Shown: positions 36,670 to 49,311 of the stretch, piece by piece | Layout: every line of letters begins with the position of its first letter | Numbering within the stretch: the first letter of the stretch is position 1 | Assembly: GCF_032444005.1 (NCBI RefSeq) | Contig: NC_091289.1 | Span: 155,124,001-155,188,000, forward strand | Direction of reading: 5' to 3' | Source of the DNA: Ranitomeya imitator | Taxonomy: Eukaryota | DNA: 64,000 nucleotides | The notes under the pieces: generated by a model | What the model was told of the DNA's origin: nothing | The model's input: the letters and a program-made list of their open reading frames with translations, nothing else | The model's database searches: none | Translations under genes and position numbers: made by a program

Positions 36670-37612
36670 AGTTTCTATGCTCAGTTTTTCAGTTTCTGTT
36701 CTCATTTCTTTTAGTTTCTGTGCTCAGTTTTTCAGTTTCTGTTCTCATTTCTTTTAGTTTCTGTGCACAGTTTTTCCAGTTTTTGCGCTCAGGTTTTCAG
36801 ATCCTTTGCTCAGTTTTTCAGTCACTGTGCTTTTTTGTTTTTTTCAGCTTCTGTGCTCAGTCTTTCAGTTTCTGTGTTTAATTTTTTATTTCCTGTGCTC
36901 ATTTTTTTTTTAGTTTATGTGCTGTTTTTCCAGTGTTTGTGCTCAGTCTTTCAGTCACTGTGCTTTTTTTTTCAGTTCATGTGCTCAGTTTTTCAGGTCC
37001 TGTTCTTAGTTTTTCAGTTTATGTGCTTAATTTTTCCTTTCCTGTGCTCATGCTTTTAGTTTATGTACTCAGTTTTCCAGATCACTCCCTGTGCTCAGTC
37101 TTTCAGTTTCTTTGCTTAATTTATAATTTCCTGTGCTTTTTTTTTTTTTAGATTCTGTGGTCAGTTTTTCCAATTTCTGTGCTCAGTTTTTCAGTTCCTA
37201 TGCTTAGTTTTTTAGTTTCTGTGCTCACTTTTTCCAGTTTTTGTGCTCAGTTTTTCAGTCACTGTGATTTTTTTTTTTTCAGTTCATGTGCTTAGTTTTT
37301 CCAGTTCCTGTGCTCAGTTTTTCAGGTCATGTTCTTAGTTTTTCAGTTTCTGTGCTTAATTTTTCTTTTCCTGTGCTCATTTTTTTCAGTTTCTCTGCTC
37401 AGTTTTTTCAGTTTCTCTGCTCAGTTTTTCAGTTTCTGTGCTTAATTTAATTTTTCTTTTCCTGTGCTCATTTTTTTTTTAGTTTCTGGGCTCAGTTTTT
37501 TCAGTTTCAATGCTCATTTTTTAGTTCCTGTGCTCAGTTTTTCAGTTCCTGTGCTCAGTTTTTCAATTCCTGTTCTTAGTTTTTCAGTTTCTGTGCTCAG
37601 GTTTTCAGTTTT
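36670..37612. repeat. Degenerate ~21-bp T-rich tandem repeat
   Basis: Variants of TGTGCTCAGTTTTTCAGTTTC over ~940 bp. Confidence 0.9.
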
Positions 37613-38129
37613 TGTTAGTATAATAGACATTGTATGTCCAGATTTGTTCCCTACCAATATGGGACTTGAGCGCAGAAAGGAAAGCCAAGGTGAGAAAAAA
37701 CATTCAGTACTGTCCAAAAGTTTTAAGCAGGTGTGGAATAAATTCTGGAAAAAAAGAATATTTTCAAAAATAGAAGTGTTAATAGTTTATTTCTATCAAT
37801 TTTCAAAAGATAAATCATTAATCAATATTTAGTTTGATCGCTAGATATGAATGGATTGATTTGTGCAACTCCAGCCCTTGGTCAGGTCAGTATTCTCGTG
37901 AGTCTTTTATATTACGAGATCCCCAGCGCCTTTTGATTATCCAGAGTGGATCACCATCATCATTGAGGTATGATGCACAGTAGACGTTGTGCCAGCCTGG
38001 CAAATCAGAAGGCATTAGGAGGATCCCAGAAGAAGGTAAGAGGTTTCCAAAGCTCTCGTCCAGTGGTCCCAGATCTTTGACCTGAATGATCGATTAATGT
38101 CCAGCAAATCGATCCGTCCGTCTCTAGTG

Positions 38130-38250
38130 ATCATTCTTTGACTTCAAAACAGCATTGATTCTTCTCGATACATTTGCACATAATTTTTGTAGGAACTTGA
38201 CAGAAAGGTTTTTCCAAACACCTTGGACAATTAGTAACCACCGATCTTCT
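38130..38250 (-). pseudogene. Tc1 transposase C-terminal remnant
   Basis: Minus strand WKNLSVKFLQKLCANVSRRINAVLKSKNDH*. Confidence 0.5.
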
Positions 38251-38253
38251 TTA

Positions 38254-39099
38254 GGCCGGTTTCACACGTCAGTGTCTCCGGTACGTGAGGTGACAGTTTC
38301 CTCACGTACCGGAGCCACTGACACACGTAGACACATAAAAATCAATGCATCTGTTCAGATGTCATTGATTTTTTTGCGGACCGTGTCTCCGTGTGCCAAA
38401 CACGGAGACATGTCAGTGTTCGTGGGAGCGCACATATTACACGGACCCATTAAAGTCAATGGGTCCGTGTAAAACACGTACCGCACATGGACGTTGTCCG
38501 TGTGCAGTCCGTGTGCCGTGCAGGAGACAGTGCTACATTAAGCGCTGTCCCCCCCACTGGTGCTGAAGCCGCGATTCATATCTTCCCTGCAGCAGCGTTT
38601 GCTGCAGAGAAGATATGAATAATAGTGTTTAAAATAAAGATCTATCTTCCCATAGGGGTGGAGCCGCATATTCATTACTGTAATCGGCGGCCCCACGTGA
38701 CCGCATACAGGAGAAGATGCGGCCAGACCAGGAAGCAGCGACAGCCAACGAGGGAGCCGGGTGAGTATTCTCAGAACAGCGGGTGGGCGCACAGGGGTGG
38801 GAGGGCGGGGGACACATAGATCTTCATTTTAAACACTATTATTCATATTTTCTCTGCAGCAAACGCTGCTGCAGGGAAGATATGAATCGCGGATTCAGCA
38901 CGATGCAGGGGACAGCAATAAACTTTAGCGCTGTCTCCTGCACGGTGCGTGTGGTACCCAGTGGGCACACGGGCGGCACACGTGTGCCGCACGTGTACCA
39001 CACTGATGTCCCACGTGAGTACACGGACACACGGACACGGATAACTCCAGTACTGATTTTATACAGTACTGGAATTATCTGGACGTGTGAAAACCGGCC
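38254..39099. mobile_element. PIF/Harbinger MITE
   Basis: TTA|GGCCGGTTTCACACGTC...GACGTGTGAAAACCGGCC|TTA. Confidence 0.85.
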
Positions 39100-40448
39100 T
39101 TACTGAGATTGGAGATAACAGTTGGTGCTCATGAAGTTCTACGGAGATGGGAGGAGCTGGAGCCAGACAGAGGCATTCTGCTGCAAGTTCTCCTTAAACG
39201 ATAATTAAAGTTCTACGTCGACCTTTGTATGCGCCAACTCTCACCTCCTATCTCAGCAATGGGAAAATCTGTATTTACTGAAGGTAGAATTTACCAGTGA
39301 ATTGAGAATTTTGACAATAAATAATCAATTCAGGAGGCAAAAAAAAGTGGATTTCGCTAATAAGATACAGTATATTCCAACGTTTGTTATTTTCACATTA
39401 GAAAAAAATCATTTTTTTTCTAGAATCTCCTGAATTGATCATTTATTCTAAAATTCTGAATACACTGGTAAAATCTACCGTCAGTAAATACAGATTTTCC
39501 CATTACTGAGCTAGGAGATGGCAGTTGGTGCTCATAAAGTTCTATGGAGAATAGTAAGTGTCATTTAAAGAGAACTTGCAGCAGAATGTTGGTGTCGCCC
39601 TCTTGCTCCTCCCATCTCCATACAAGTTCATGAGCACCAACTGCCGTCTCCTATCTCAGCAATGTGAACACCTGTCTTCACTGAATCCGGGAGGAGAAAA
39701 AAATGCAGATTTTCCTGATAAGATATACGGTATTAATAATAATTATAATAATTTTAATTATATAGCACCAACATATTGCGCAGCGCTTTACAAACTTATA
39801 TTGCAAAGTTGCTTATTTTCATGTGTTCTGTTCATTTATGAAAACAATGGTTGCTCTTTAAGGAACCTATAAAAGTGGAGCTTTGCTTTAGGGAGAGAGC
39901 TATGTGATCTAATCAAAATAAATACCTCTGTAAGGACAGCTCAAATCAACTCAAAATAGAAAAAAAATCAATCCAGCCTAACGGAAAAGGGGTGAAGCGC
40001 TCAGGAAAAAATCGGGAAAATGTCATCATATTCTTTACTTTTATTGCACTTGGCGGCCTTTCTCCCACTAGGATCACACAAGTGTTATGTCTTTCAGCAG
40101 TATAACGCTGTGCAATTACTACTGATATCTCAATAGCAGCAGATAAAATACTAGAGGGGTGACCGCTCGTCATGCCATGAGAATTAATCATTTTATTTTG
40201 GAAACGAGAGTAAAACAAACATTTGAGAAAAGTTGTATTGGGTTACACTGGTGCAGGATACCTCATTCAAATGAAAGAAAAACTGTTGACTATTTAACAG
40301 ATCCATTTCCATAGATTTCAATGTTAAAAAAACAGATCCGATTGAAATCCGTTTTTTTTTAGCTGCCCTAAAAAAAGTTGACTTTTTTGCAGCTGGATCC
40401 CTTCTAACTGATAATTACTGGCCTTATTCAGACGCAGTGCTGTACACA

Positions 40449-41664
40449 CCGTGCCTTGAAAAAGTATTCATACCCTGTGAACTTCTCCATATTTTTTCAT
40501 GTTACACCCACAAACTTAAATGTATTTTATTGGGATTTTATGTAATAGACTAACACTACGTTGCAAGTGTTTGTGAAGTGTAAAAGAAATGATACATGGT
40601 TTTCTTCAAAATATTTTAAAATTCCAAAATTTGAAAATTGTGCCGTGCATTTGTATTCGGGCCCCTGAGTCAATACCACAAAGTAAGACCACCTGATGCT
40701 ATTACCGCTGCATGACTTTTGGGGTGTGTCTCTATGAGTTTTGTACATCTAGAGGATGAAGTTTTTGCCCATTCTTCTTCTTTGCAAAGTAGCTCTAGCT
40801 CAGTGAGATTGGATACAGGTGTTGTTCAGCAGCAATCTTGAAGTCTTGCCATAGTTTATCAGTGGGATTTAGGCCTGGACTGGGTCACTCACACAAATGA
40901 GTATGCTTTGATCTAAACAATCCATTATAGCTCTGGCAATATGTTTAGGGTTCCTGCCCTGCTGGAAGATCAATCTATGCCACAGTCTCAAGTCTGTGCA
41001 GCCTCTAGTTGGATTTCCTCCACAATTGCCCTATATTTAGCTCCATCCATCTTCCCAACAACCCTGACTAGTTCTGCTGCTGAAAAAAGCATCCCCACAG
41101 CATGTTGCCGCTCACCACTATGTTTGACAGTGGGGATGGTGTTTTCAGGGTGATGTGCAGTGTTACTTTTCTGACACAGATAGTGTTTTGCATTTAGCCC
41201 CAAAAGTTCTTCTTTGGTCTCATGTGACCAGAACAGCCTGCTTCCACATTCTAGCCATATTTCCTGCAAAGCATTTGGCAAACTGCAAATGGGATTTCTT
41301 ATGGCTTTTTTTAAGACCATGAGTGACCATGTAAATCTTGTCATCTTCTCTATTTAGTGCTCCCCTTGATTGGGATGTCAGTTTAGGTGGATGGCCATGT
41401 TTTGATAATTTTGCAGTTGTGCCATACATGTTCCATTTCTGGATGATAGCTTGAACAGTGCTCCGTGAGATGTCCAGAGCTCGGGCTATTTTTTTTTATA
41501 ACCTGACCCTTCTTTACTCTTCTCCACAACTTTATCCTTGACCTGTCTGGTGTGTTCCTTGGTTTCATGATGCTGTATGTTCTCTAATGTTCTCAAACTT
41601 TGTGGGTGCAACATAAAGAAATGAGGACAAGTTCACGGGGTAAGAATACTTTTTCAAGGCACTG
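40449..41664 (-). mobile_element. Internally deleted, degenerate Tc1 element
   Basis: TIR C(A)GTGCCTTGAAAAAGTATTC; TA at the right end; remnants FWSHETK..HHPENTIPTVKHSG. Confidence 0.8.
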
Positions 41665-42699
41665 TATATTATTATTATTATTACTATACATTTTTATAGC
41701 GCCATTTATTCCATGGCGTTTTACATGTGAACGGGGCAAATATAGACAAGTACAATAAACAGGAGTAAAACAAGGCGCACACAAGTACAGGAGAGACGAC
41801 CCTGCCCATGAGGGCTCACAGTCTACAGGGGATGGGTGAGGATACACTAGGAGAGGGTAGAGCTGGTCATGCGGCGGTATATAGTGATGTTAATGTATTA
41901 AGTTGGCAAAATATAACTTCTAGCAGTTGACACACAGATGTATGGGTTTAAATATAGTACAAATCATGGGAAAAATTTTACATGCAGTCTGGTGGTAATA
42001 GAAATGATGGGAATTTACAGGATATCATAGAGATGCAAATGTACAAATATCTGCCAGTATATGGATACATGAACGCCGCCCACCGTGTAGCCTCTATTAT
42101 ACATTGTCAGTTCTCCCAGAGAGTCTGTCCCATTTCTTTGTCATTTTTTAGTACATGAGGTACATGACAGGACAAGCTCTCCGGCAGCAAAGGTACAAAC
42201 TGCATAAACCTGTCCTTGTGAAATTGTCAGGATGGGTGCAACCACCCGTGTCAGAAGGATTTCATCAAAAAGCAGTGAACTGTGGCTGTAAGCAACAAGA
42301 CATGGCCGAAGGGAGATATACATAAAAAGGCTTTATAACATGTGACGGTAGAGAGACTTTAGGGAGTGCATTGATTCCAATGAGGTTGTTTTCATGTCAC
42401 CTCATATTGCAAAGCGGAATATCCTCCTGTTTTCTACTAAAAGGATAAAACCATATACAGACATACAGTTTATTGGCATGAAAGAACCAAGACCGCCAAA
42501 GAGAATGTCTTGGCTCCTTACTGTGGGTTATAGAGGGAGATCCTGAACACCAGATCACCCCCTTATGGTGTCATACAGTATCCCACAGATGCATAGGAGT
42601 TGTTCTGATGGGAAGCAGTTTCCCATTACTCTCAACTTTCCAGTTTTAACATCATAATTTAGGTTCTGTTCACATCTACATTAGAGCCACTGTTGCCAT

Positions 42700-43386
42700 A
42701 TTTGATGGAAGAAGAAGGATGATTTCAACCCCAAGATAACTGTGCCAACCATGAAGCATGGTGGGGGAAACATCATACTTGAGGTTTTTTTTCTGCAAAT
42801 AGAACATGATGACAGCACTGTATTGAAGGGAGGATGGATGGGGTCATGTATTGCAAGATTTTAGCCAACAACCTCCTTCCCTCAGTAAGAGCATTGAAGA
42901 TGAGTCGTGGTTGGGTCTTCCAGCATGACTATGACCCGAAACACACAGCCCGGGCAACTAAGGAGTTACTCTGTAAGAAGCATTTCATTGTCCTGGAGTG
43001 GCCTAGCCAGTGTCCAGATCTGAACCCGATCAAAAATCTTTGGAGGGAGCTGAAACTGAATGTTGTCCAGTGACAGCCCCAAAATCTGAAAGATCTGTAT
43101 GGAGGAGTGGGACAAGATCCCTGCTGCAGTGTGTGCAAACTTGATCAAGAACTACAGGAAACGTCTGACCTCCGTAATTGCAAACAAAGGTTTCTGTACC
43201 AAATATTATGTTCTATTTTTCGATTGTATCAAATATTTATTTCATGCAAATTAATTACGGTATGTAAAAATCATACAATGTGATTTTTTTTTTAAAGATT
43301 TTGTCTCTCACAGCTGAAGTGTGCCTAGGATAAACATTACAGACCTCTCTATTCTTTGTAGGTGAGAAAACTTATTTTCCCCACTA
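42700..43386 (+). mobile_element. Tc1 3' fragment
   Basis: [33 protein letters not shown]. Confidence 0.8.
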
Positions 43387-44039
43387 TATATGTACAGTAT
43401 ATACCAGGATTGAGGACATGAATTTTAGGACCTGTGTGGAGGGGATTCCTGCTCTTACTATCCACTAGAATATGGGACTCAGCCAGTGTGAGCTGGACTC
43501 CCTCTCTCGGCTAGATGAGCTGCCTCTATATGATACATGCACCTTTTTCTCTACACAACCTCTTTATCTAAAAGAGTAACCCACCGATGTTCACACGTAC
43601 CCACAAGTCTGCTGTTTCTTCCTGTATAGGACTTATTAGGAAAAAATAAACCTGTTATTTTGGATTTCATTACTTTCTTGCCCAGGTCTTGCATGCTCTG
43701 GTGTATGTGCACGATTATGGGGGAGTTGTGAGAAGCAGCTGTTGGCTTTATCAGCATTGTGTATGGTCAGTTTATGCGTCTAGGGCATCCTCTCACCATG
43801 TATCTGTATTCTTTGTGGGAGGTGTGGTATTTACATCCGGTGTAGATAAGATAAAAGTAATAAAATATTGGCTAAAATAAATTCTATCAATATGTAAATG
43901 GGCAAATAGTGTTCAAAGGTGAAATTCCACATCATGAAGCGAATTTAACCATTACAGGGTCCGCCCACTACTTAGATGTTTATGATATACTAGATGGTGG
44001 CCCGATTCTAACGCATCGGGTATTCTATAATATGCATGT

Positions 44040-44430
44040 CCACGTAGTATATTGCCCAGCCACGTAGTATATTGCCCATCGACGTAGTATATTGCCCAGC
44101 CACGTAGTATATTGCCCATCGACGTAGTATATTGCCCAGCCACGTAGTATATTGCCCAGTTACGTAGTATATTGCCCATTTGCGTAGTATATTGCCCAGC
44201 CACATAGTATATTGCACAGCCACGTAGTATATTGGCCAGCCACGTAGTATACAGCACAGAGCCACGCAGTATATTGCAGAGCGAGGTAGTATATTGTCCA
44301 GCCACGTAGTATATTGCACAGCGACATAGTATATTGCACAGCGACGTAGTATATTGCCCAGCCTTGTAGTATACAGCACAGAGCCACGTAGTGTATTGCC
44401 CAGTGACGTACTATATTACCGAGCCACGTA
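44040..44430. repeat. 20-bp minisatellite
   Basis: CACGTAGTATATTGCCCAGC units. Confidence 0.92.
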
Positions 44431-44975
44431 TGTCACAGGTTAAAAAAATAAACATACTCACCTAACGATCCAAGGGCCCCTTGTAGTGTAAAATACTCAC
44501 CATTCTTGTCGCTGCTCCTCAGCGTCCCATCTCTCCGCTTCCTGGGATCCAACGGCGCTGTGCAGATGGGCGCGCGGCTGCCGCCATATTGCGTTCCCCG
44601 GATGCTTTGCGAAATTACCCATATGACTTAGTGGTCTCGTGAGGCCACTAGGTCTTCTGGGTAATTTCGTAAAGCATCGGGGGAATGCAAGATGGCGGCA
44701 GCCGTGCGCCCATCTGCACAGCGCCGTTGGCGGCAGGCGCGAGCGGCTCAGCGGACAACGGACGGTGAGTATAGCAGGTTTTTTGTTTTTTTACTATTTT
44801 TAACATTACTTTCTTTTACTATTGATGCCGCATAGGCAGCATCAATAGTAAAAGGTTGGGGACACACAGGATTAATAGCGGCGGTAATAGAATGCGTTAC
44901 CCGCGGCATAACGCGGTCCGTTATCGCCGGCATTAACCCTGTGCTAGCGGTGACCGGAGGGGAGTATGGAGCGTA

Positions 44976-45228
44976 GCGCCGGGGTCACTGACTGCGGGGA
45001 GCGGAGCGCCGGGGACACTGACTGCGGGGAGCGGAGCGCCGGGGACACTGACTGCGGGGAGCGGAGCGCCGGGGACACTGACTGCGGGGAGCGGAGCGCC
45101 GGGGACACTGACTGCGGGGAGCGGAGCGCCGGGGACACTGACTGCGGGGAGCGGAGCGCCGGGGACGGGGAGCGGAGCGCCGGGGACACTGACTGCGGGA
45201 AGCAGATCGCCGGGGACATTGACTGCGG
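44976..45228. repeat. 30-bp GC-rich minisatellite
   Basis: GCGGAGCGCCGGGGACACTGACTGCGGGGA units. Confidence 0.93.
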
Positions 45229-45543
45229 GTAGTAAGGAGCGGCCATTTTGTTCCGGACTGTGCCCGTCGCTGATTGGTCGTGGCTGTTTTGCGGCGACCA
45301 ATCAGCGACTTGGATTTCCATGGTAAACAGAGGCCACGACCAATGAATATCCGTGACAGAAGGACAGACAGACAGACGGAAGTACCCCTTAGACAATTAT
45401 GTATATAGATCCTTATGATAAGCCATTAATATAAAATCGGCCAGGGGTCCATAATCCGGCACTCCCACCCATCAGCTGCTTGCTATGGAGCAAGAACAGC
45501 ACAGCGCCATAAACTGTGTTGTGGCCGTTCATGTGTACTGCAG

Positions 45544-46337
45544 TGTTATGGACCTGGTGGTTAGGAGCACCCGGAACGACCTGATGGTTAAACTCACACA
45601 GGACAAGCTCTGGGAAGTGGGAGCTCTGCTGACCGCAACCCCTAATCCTATCACACAACTAGAAATAGCCGTGGAGCTTACCTAAGTCTCCCTAGACGCC
45701 TCTTCACAGCCTAAGAGCTAACTAGCCCTAGAGATAGAAAATAAAGCCTACCTTGCCTCAGAGAAATTCCCCAAAGGAAAAGGCAGCCCCCCACATATAT
45801 TGACTGTGAGTAAGATGAAAGTCACAAACACAGAAATGAAACAGGTTTCAGCAAAGGGAGGCCAGACTTACTAAACAGACTGAGGATAGGAAAGGTATCT
45901 TTGCGGTCAGCACAAAAAACTACAAAAAGACCATGCAGAGTGTGCAAAAAGACCTCCGCACCGACTCACGGTGCGGAGGTGCCACTCTGCATCCCAGAGC
46001 TTCCAGCTAGCAAGACAAAATCATGATAGCAAGCTGGACAAGGAAACAATGAACAAATAATTAACTAGCAGGGACTTAGCTTCTGCTGGAGTAGACAGGT
46101 CACCAGAAAGATCCAAGAGCGAACTGAACCAGTACAAGAACATTGACAGCTGGCATGGAGTAACGATCTGAGTGGAGTTAAATAGAGCAGCCAGCCAAAG
46201 AATAAACTACGTCACCTGTGGAAGGAACCTCAGAAGCAGCAGCTCCGCTCACAGCCACCAGAGGGAGTCCATGGACAGAACTCGCCGAAGTACCATTCAT
46301 GACCACAGGAGGGAGTTCGATAACAGAATTCACAACA
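45544..46337 (-). mobile_element. Solo LTR of the Gypsy/chromovirus family
   Basis: TGTTATGG...GAATTCACAACA; 6-bp TSD CTGCAG. Confidence 0.88.
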
Positions 46338-46769
46338 CTGCAGGCACCTGAAAATGACCACTGTACGGTGTAACAGCAATGTACGCTGTGTACATCCAAC
46401 CACAACCAGAGCTGCAAATCGCTGATTGGTGGGGGTGCTGGGTGTTGGACCCCAAATAAATCTTATTTTGATGAAGTCTGCTAAAGGATAGATCATCAGT
46501 ATATTGATCCCCTTTAATTCCCAAATGGCAACTAAGCTTACACGTCCATATTGCTGGCAACATACGCAATGTGATGATATATAATAAACAGGTCCAATTA
46601 CCCTCATGTACTGCGTGCCAGGGACTTCAGCTAAAAATGGTTTAGAACACTTTTTGCTCCTTATAGTACATTGAGGAATCTGGTGGCACTATTAGGAGGC
46701 CATTAGCAAGTATGCTGCTTTTTCTGATATTTATTTAGCAGGAGCTAATTCCATCCCATAGTTTCATAG

Positions 46770-47090
46770 TTTTTAAGGTTGAAGGTAGATAAGTCCATCA
46801 AGTTCAGCCTATAGCCTAACCTGTTTATCCTGAGGAAGGCAAAAACCCCACAAGGCAGATGCTAAATGCCCTATATTGGAGGACAAATTCCTTCCCACAA
46901 ACGGCAATCAGGCTAGTCCCCTGGATCAATGTCCCATCACAGAATCTGGTACCCGAATAATCAGTAATATTTTTCACAAAAGACATCCAGGCCTCCTTGT
47001 CCTTTTAGTGAATCGACCATTACAACTTCATGTGGTAGGGACTTGTAAAATCCGATTGCTCTTACAGTAAAGAATTCTTAATCTCACTTC
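46770..47090 (-). mobile_element. CR1-like LINE 3' remnant
   Basis: CATAGTTTTTAAGGTTGAAGG..GTCCATCAAGTTCA start, typical of a reversed CR1 tail; related fragment at ~59450-59655. Confidence 0.5.
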
Positions 47091-48781
47091 TGGTACAGTA
47101 AAGAATCCTTGCAGATAGGGATCTACAAGTGCTGGGACTCATTCTAACAGCACTTGTGCTGGTCTTTATGGGCTGTGAAGAGTCCCACTGATCCTATAAT
47201 AATGGCCTATTCTAAGTATCAATAATCTAAACCTCAAGGCGCTGAGTCAGAAATTACTGCTGGCAGATAACTGCTATTTATTCTGCAAAAAATTGTGAAT
47301 GCAGCTGTTGGCTATTAGCAGCCTGTAATCGATGATGAGTGTAAGATAAAGAAATATTAGGTCATTTTCACTCATCCTATATTCTCATAGTTTTCTGTCC
47401 ATTATAAACAAGTACTCATTATAGTCTATGGGCATGCTCACGTGTCCAGCTTTTTTATAGATAAATTTATGCTATCCGTGTGGTATCATAATGCTGTCCA
47501 CTTTTCATTGTGAAATAGGTAGAAGTTGGAAAATGTTGATCTTTTTCAATCCTTTCAAACAAAAACCACACTTATGGTAAAAATGTACATCGTGACCAAA
47601 AGAATGGCAAAAATCGTTTAAAAATCATTGACCAAAATGTATCCATATAAGATTTGATTTGATTTCTCATTGCAGTTCTTGAAGAGAAACACATCTTATG
47701 AGCCCAGTTTCCTACATGTACCAGACATAAATAAACTCTAGAAGAAAAGCTATAATATCTGACGGCATCACAAAATGTGTCAGCTGAAGGAAACTAAATT
47801 TTAAAACGCACTCCTCTTAATATATTGCAATCATCATATTATACGGCACTGTGTACTTACAATTGCTCATTTTTCCCTTCTTCCCAGTTAATTATTTTCT
47901 ATTAGGTCTATGACATCACGTGAGTAAAAACAGACTAGCTGAATCCTTCTAAACTCTATGTAGAAACAGGAAGCCTCTTTTCCCTGCATGTGTCATCATT
48001 AGAATTACAATTCTACATCATGTGATATAGAGCTAATGGAAAGGAGAAGAATTAGCTGGGTAGAATAGCAAAATGAGCAATTGTAAGTACACAGTGATAT
48101 ACAATATGATGATTGCAATATACTGTATTAAGAGGAAAAAACTTTCAAAAATGTTTCCTGAATAAATGAGATTCAATGCTGTCAACATAGAATTTTTTGG
48201 TGCCATCAGGACACTATGTAGGTCTGTTACTGTTTTACAAATTGTATTTCTTGCATCAATGAAGTAACTCCGGATGGGTGCTTTATGTACCGGATTTAAA
48301 TGCATGGAGTAATTCAGTTCCCCTGTGTTACACCCTTCCCAATTTGCTGTCCAGGAAGCAGGCGCTGATGCCTCTTGCCCACAACCTGCAGTTGCACAGA
48401 CACAACAGTCAGCAACCACGTCCAGTCCAGCGTTCAGTTGTCCCTTATCAGCATATATGTCTGTTCACAAATTGTTAGTTAGATAGGGCCTATATATTTG
48501 TTAGCAGTTTACATTGTCCGGTGCTGGACAAAGACCATTGCTGGGTTTTAGAGGTTCCTAAGTTCCTAAAGGAGACTTGTGTCTCTTTATTAAACTGTCA
48601 CTTCCCTTAAATTTTCAAAATTTTGGTAAAAAAGAAAAAGATGATGGGGTATTGGCCAGTTTCTGTACATTTTAAGCAGCTCTAAGAGTCTGGGTTAGCC
48701 ACTAGAAAGGGGCATTATAGCACACTGAGATTAGAGATAGGAACAGGAACAGTTAATTTAGGAGAGGCCAACTGTGGGTAA

Positions 48782-49311
48782 AGGTACCTTCACACTGAAT
48801 GATATCGCTAGCGATCCGTGACGTTGCAGCGTCCTGGATAGCGATATCGTTCAGTTTGACACTCAGCAGCGATCAGGATCCTGCTGTGATGTCGTTGGTC
48901 GCTGCAGAAAGTCCAGCACTTTATTTCGTCGCTGGACTCCCTGCAGACATCGCTGAATCGGCGTGTGTGTCTCTGCACTGGCTGTGAGCGCCGGCCAGCC
49001 GGAAAGCACAGCGGTGACGTCACCGCTCTGCTTTCCGGCTGCTGTGCTCACAGTCAGTGCAGGAAAGCACAGCGCCGAGGACAGACAGCGGAAGGTAATT
49101 ATGTAGTGTTTGTTTTTTTACTTTTACGATGGTAACCAGGGTAAACATCGGGTTACTAAGCGCGGCCCTGCCCCTGTTTACCCTGGTTACCAGCATCGTT
49201 GGTCGCTGGAGAGCTGTCTGTGTGATAGCTCTCCAGCGACCAAACAGTGACGCTGCAGCGATCGACATCGTTGTCGGTATCGCTGCAGCGTCGCTGAGTG
49301 TGAAGGTACCT
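48782..49311. mobile_element. PIF/Harbinger MITE
   Basis: TAA|AGGTACCTTCACAC...GTGTGAAGGTACCT|TAA. Confidence 0.9.

Larger units (their letters stand above)
43990..45409 (-). mobile_element. Non-autonomous Helitron with two internal minisatellites
   Basis: Minus strand A|TC start at 45409; 3' hairpin CCCGAT-GCGTTAGA-ATCGGG then CTAG|T at 43990; no TSD. Confidence 0.8.

Noticed and set aside
36030-36670. Possible L1/Tx1 LINE remnant on the minus strand
   Set aside because: Only vague motif resemblance with many stops; cannot be assigned without a profile search
43952-45396. Repeat-rich ORFs (WAIYYVAGQYTT, PGAPLPAVSV)
   Set aside because: Translations of Helitron minisatellites with no domain content
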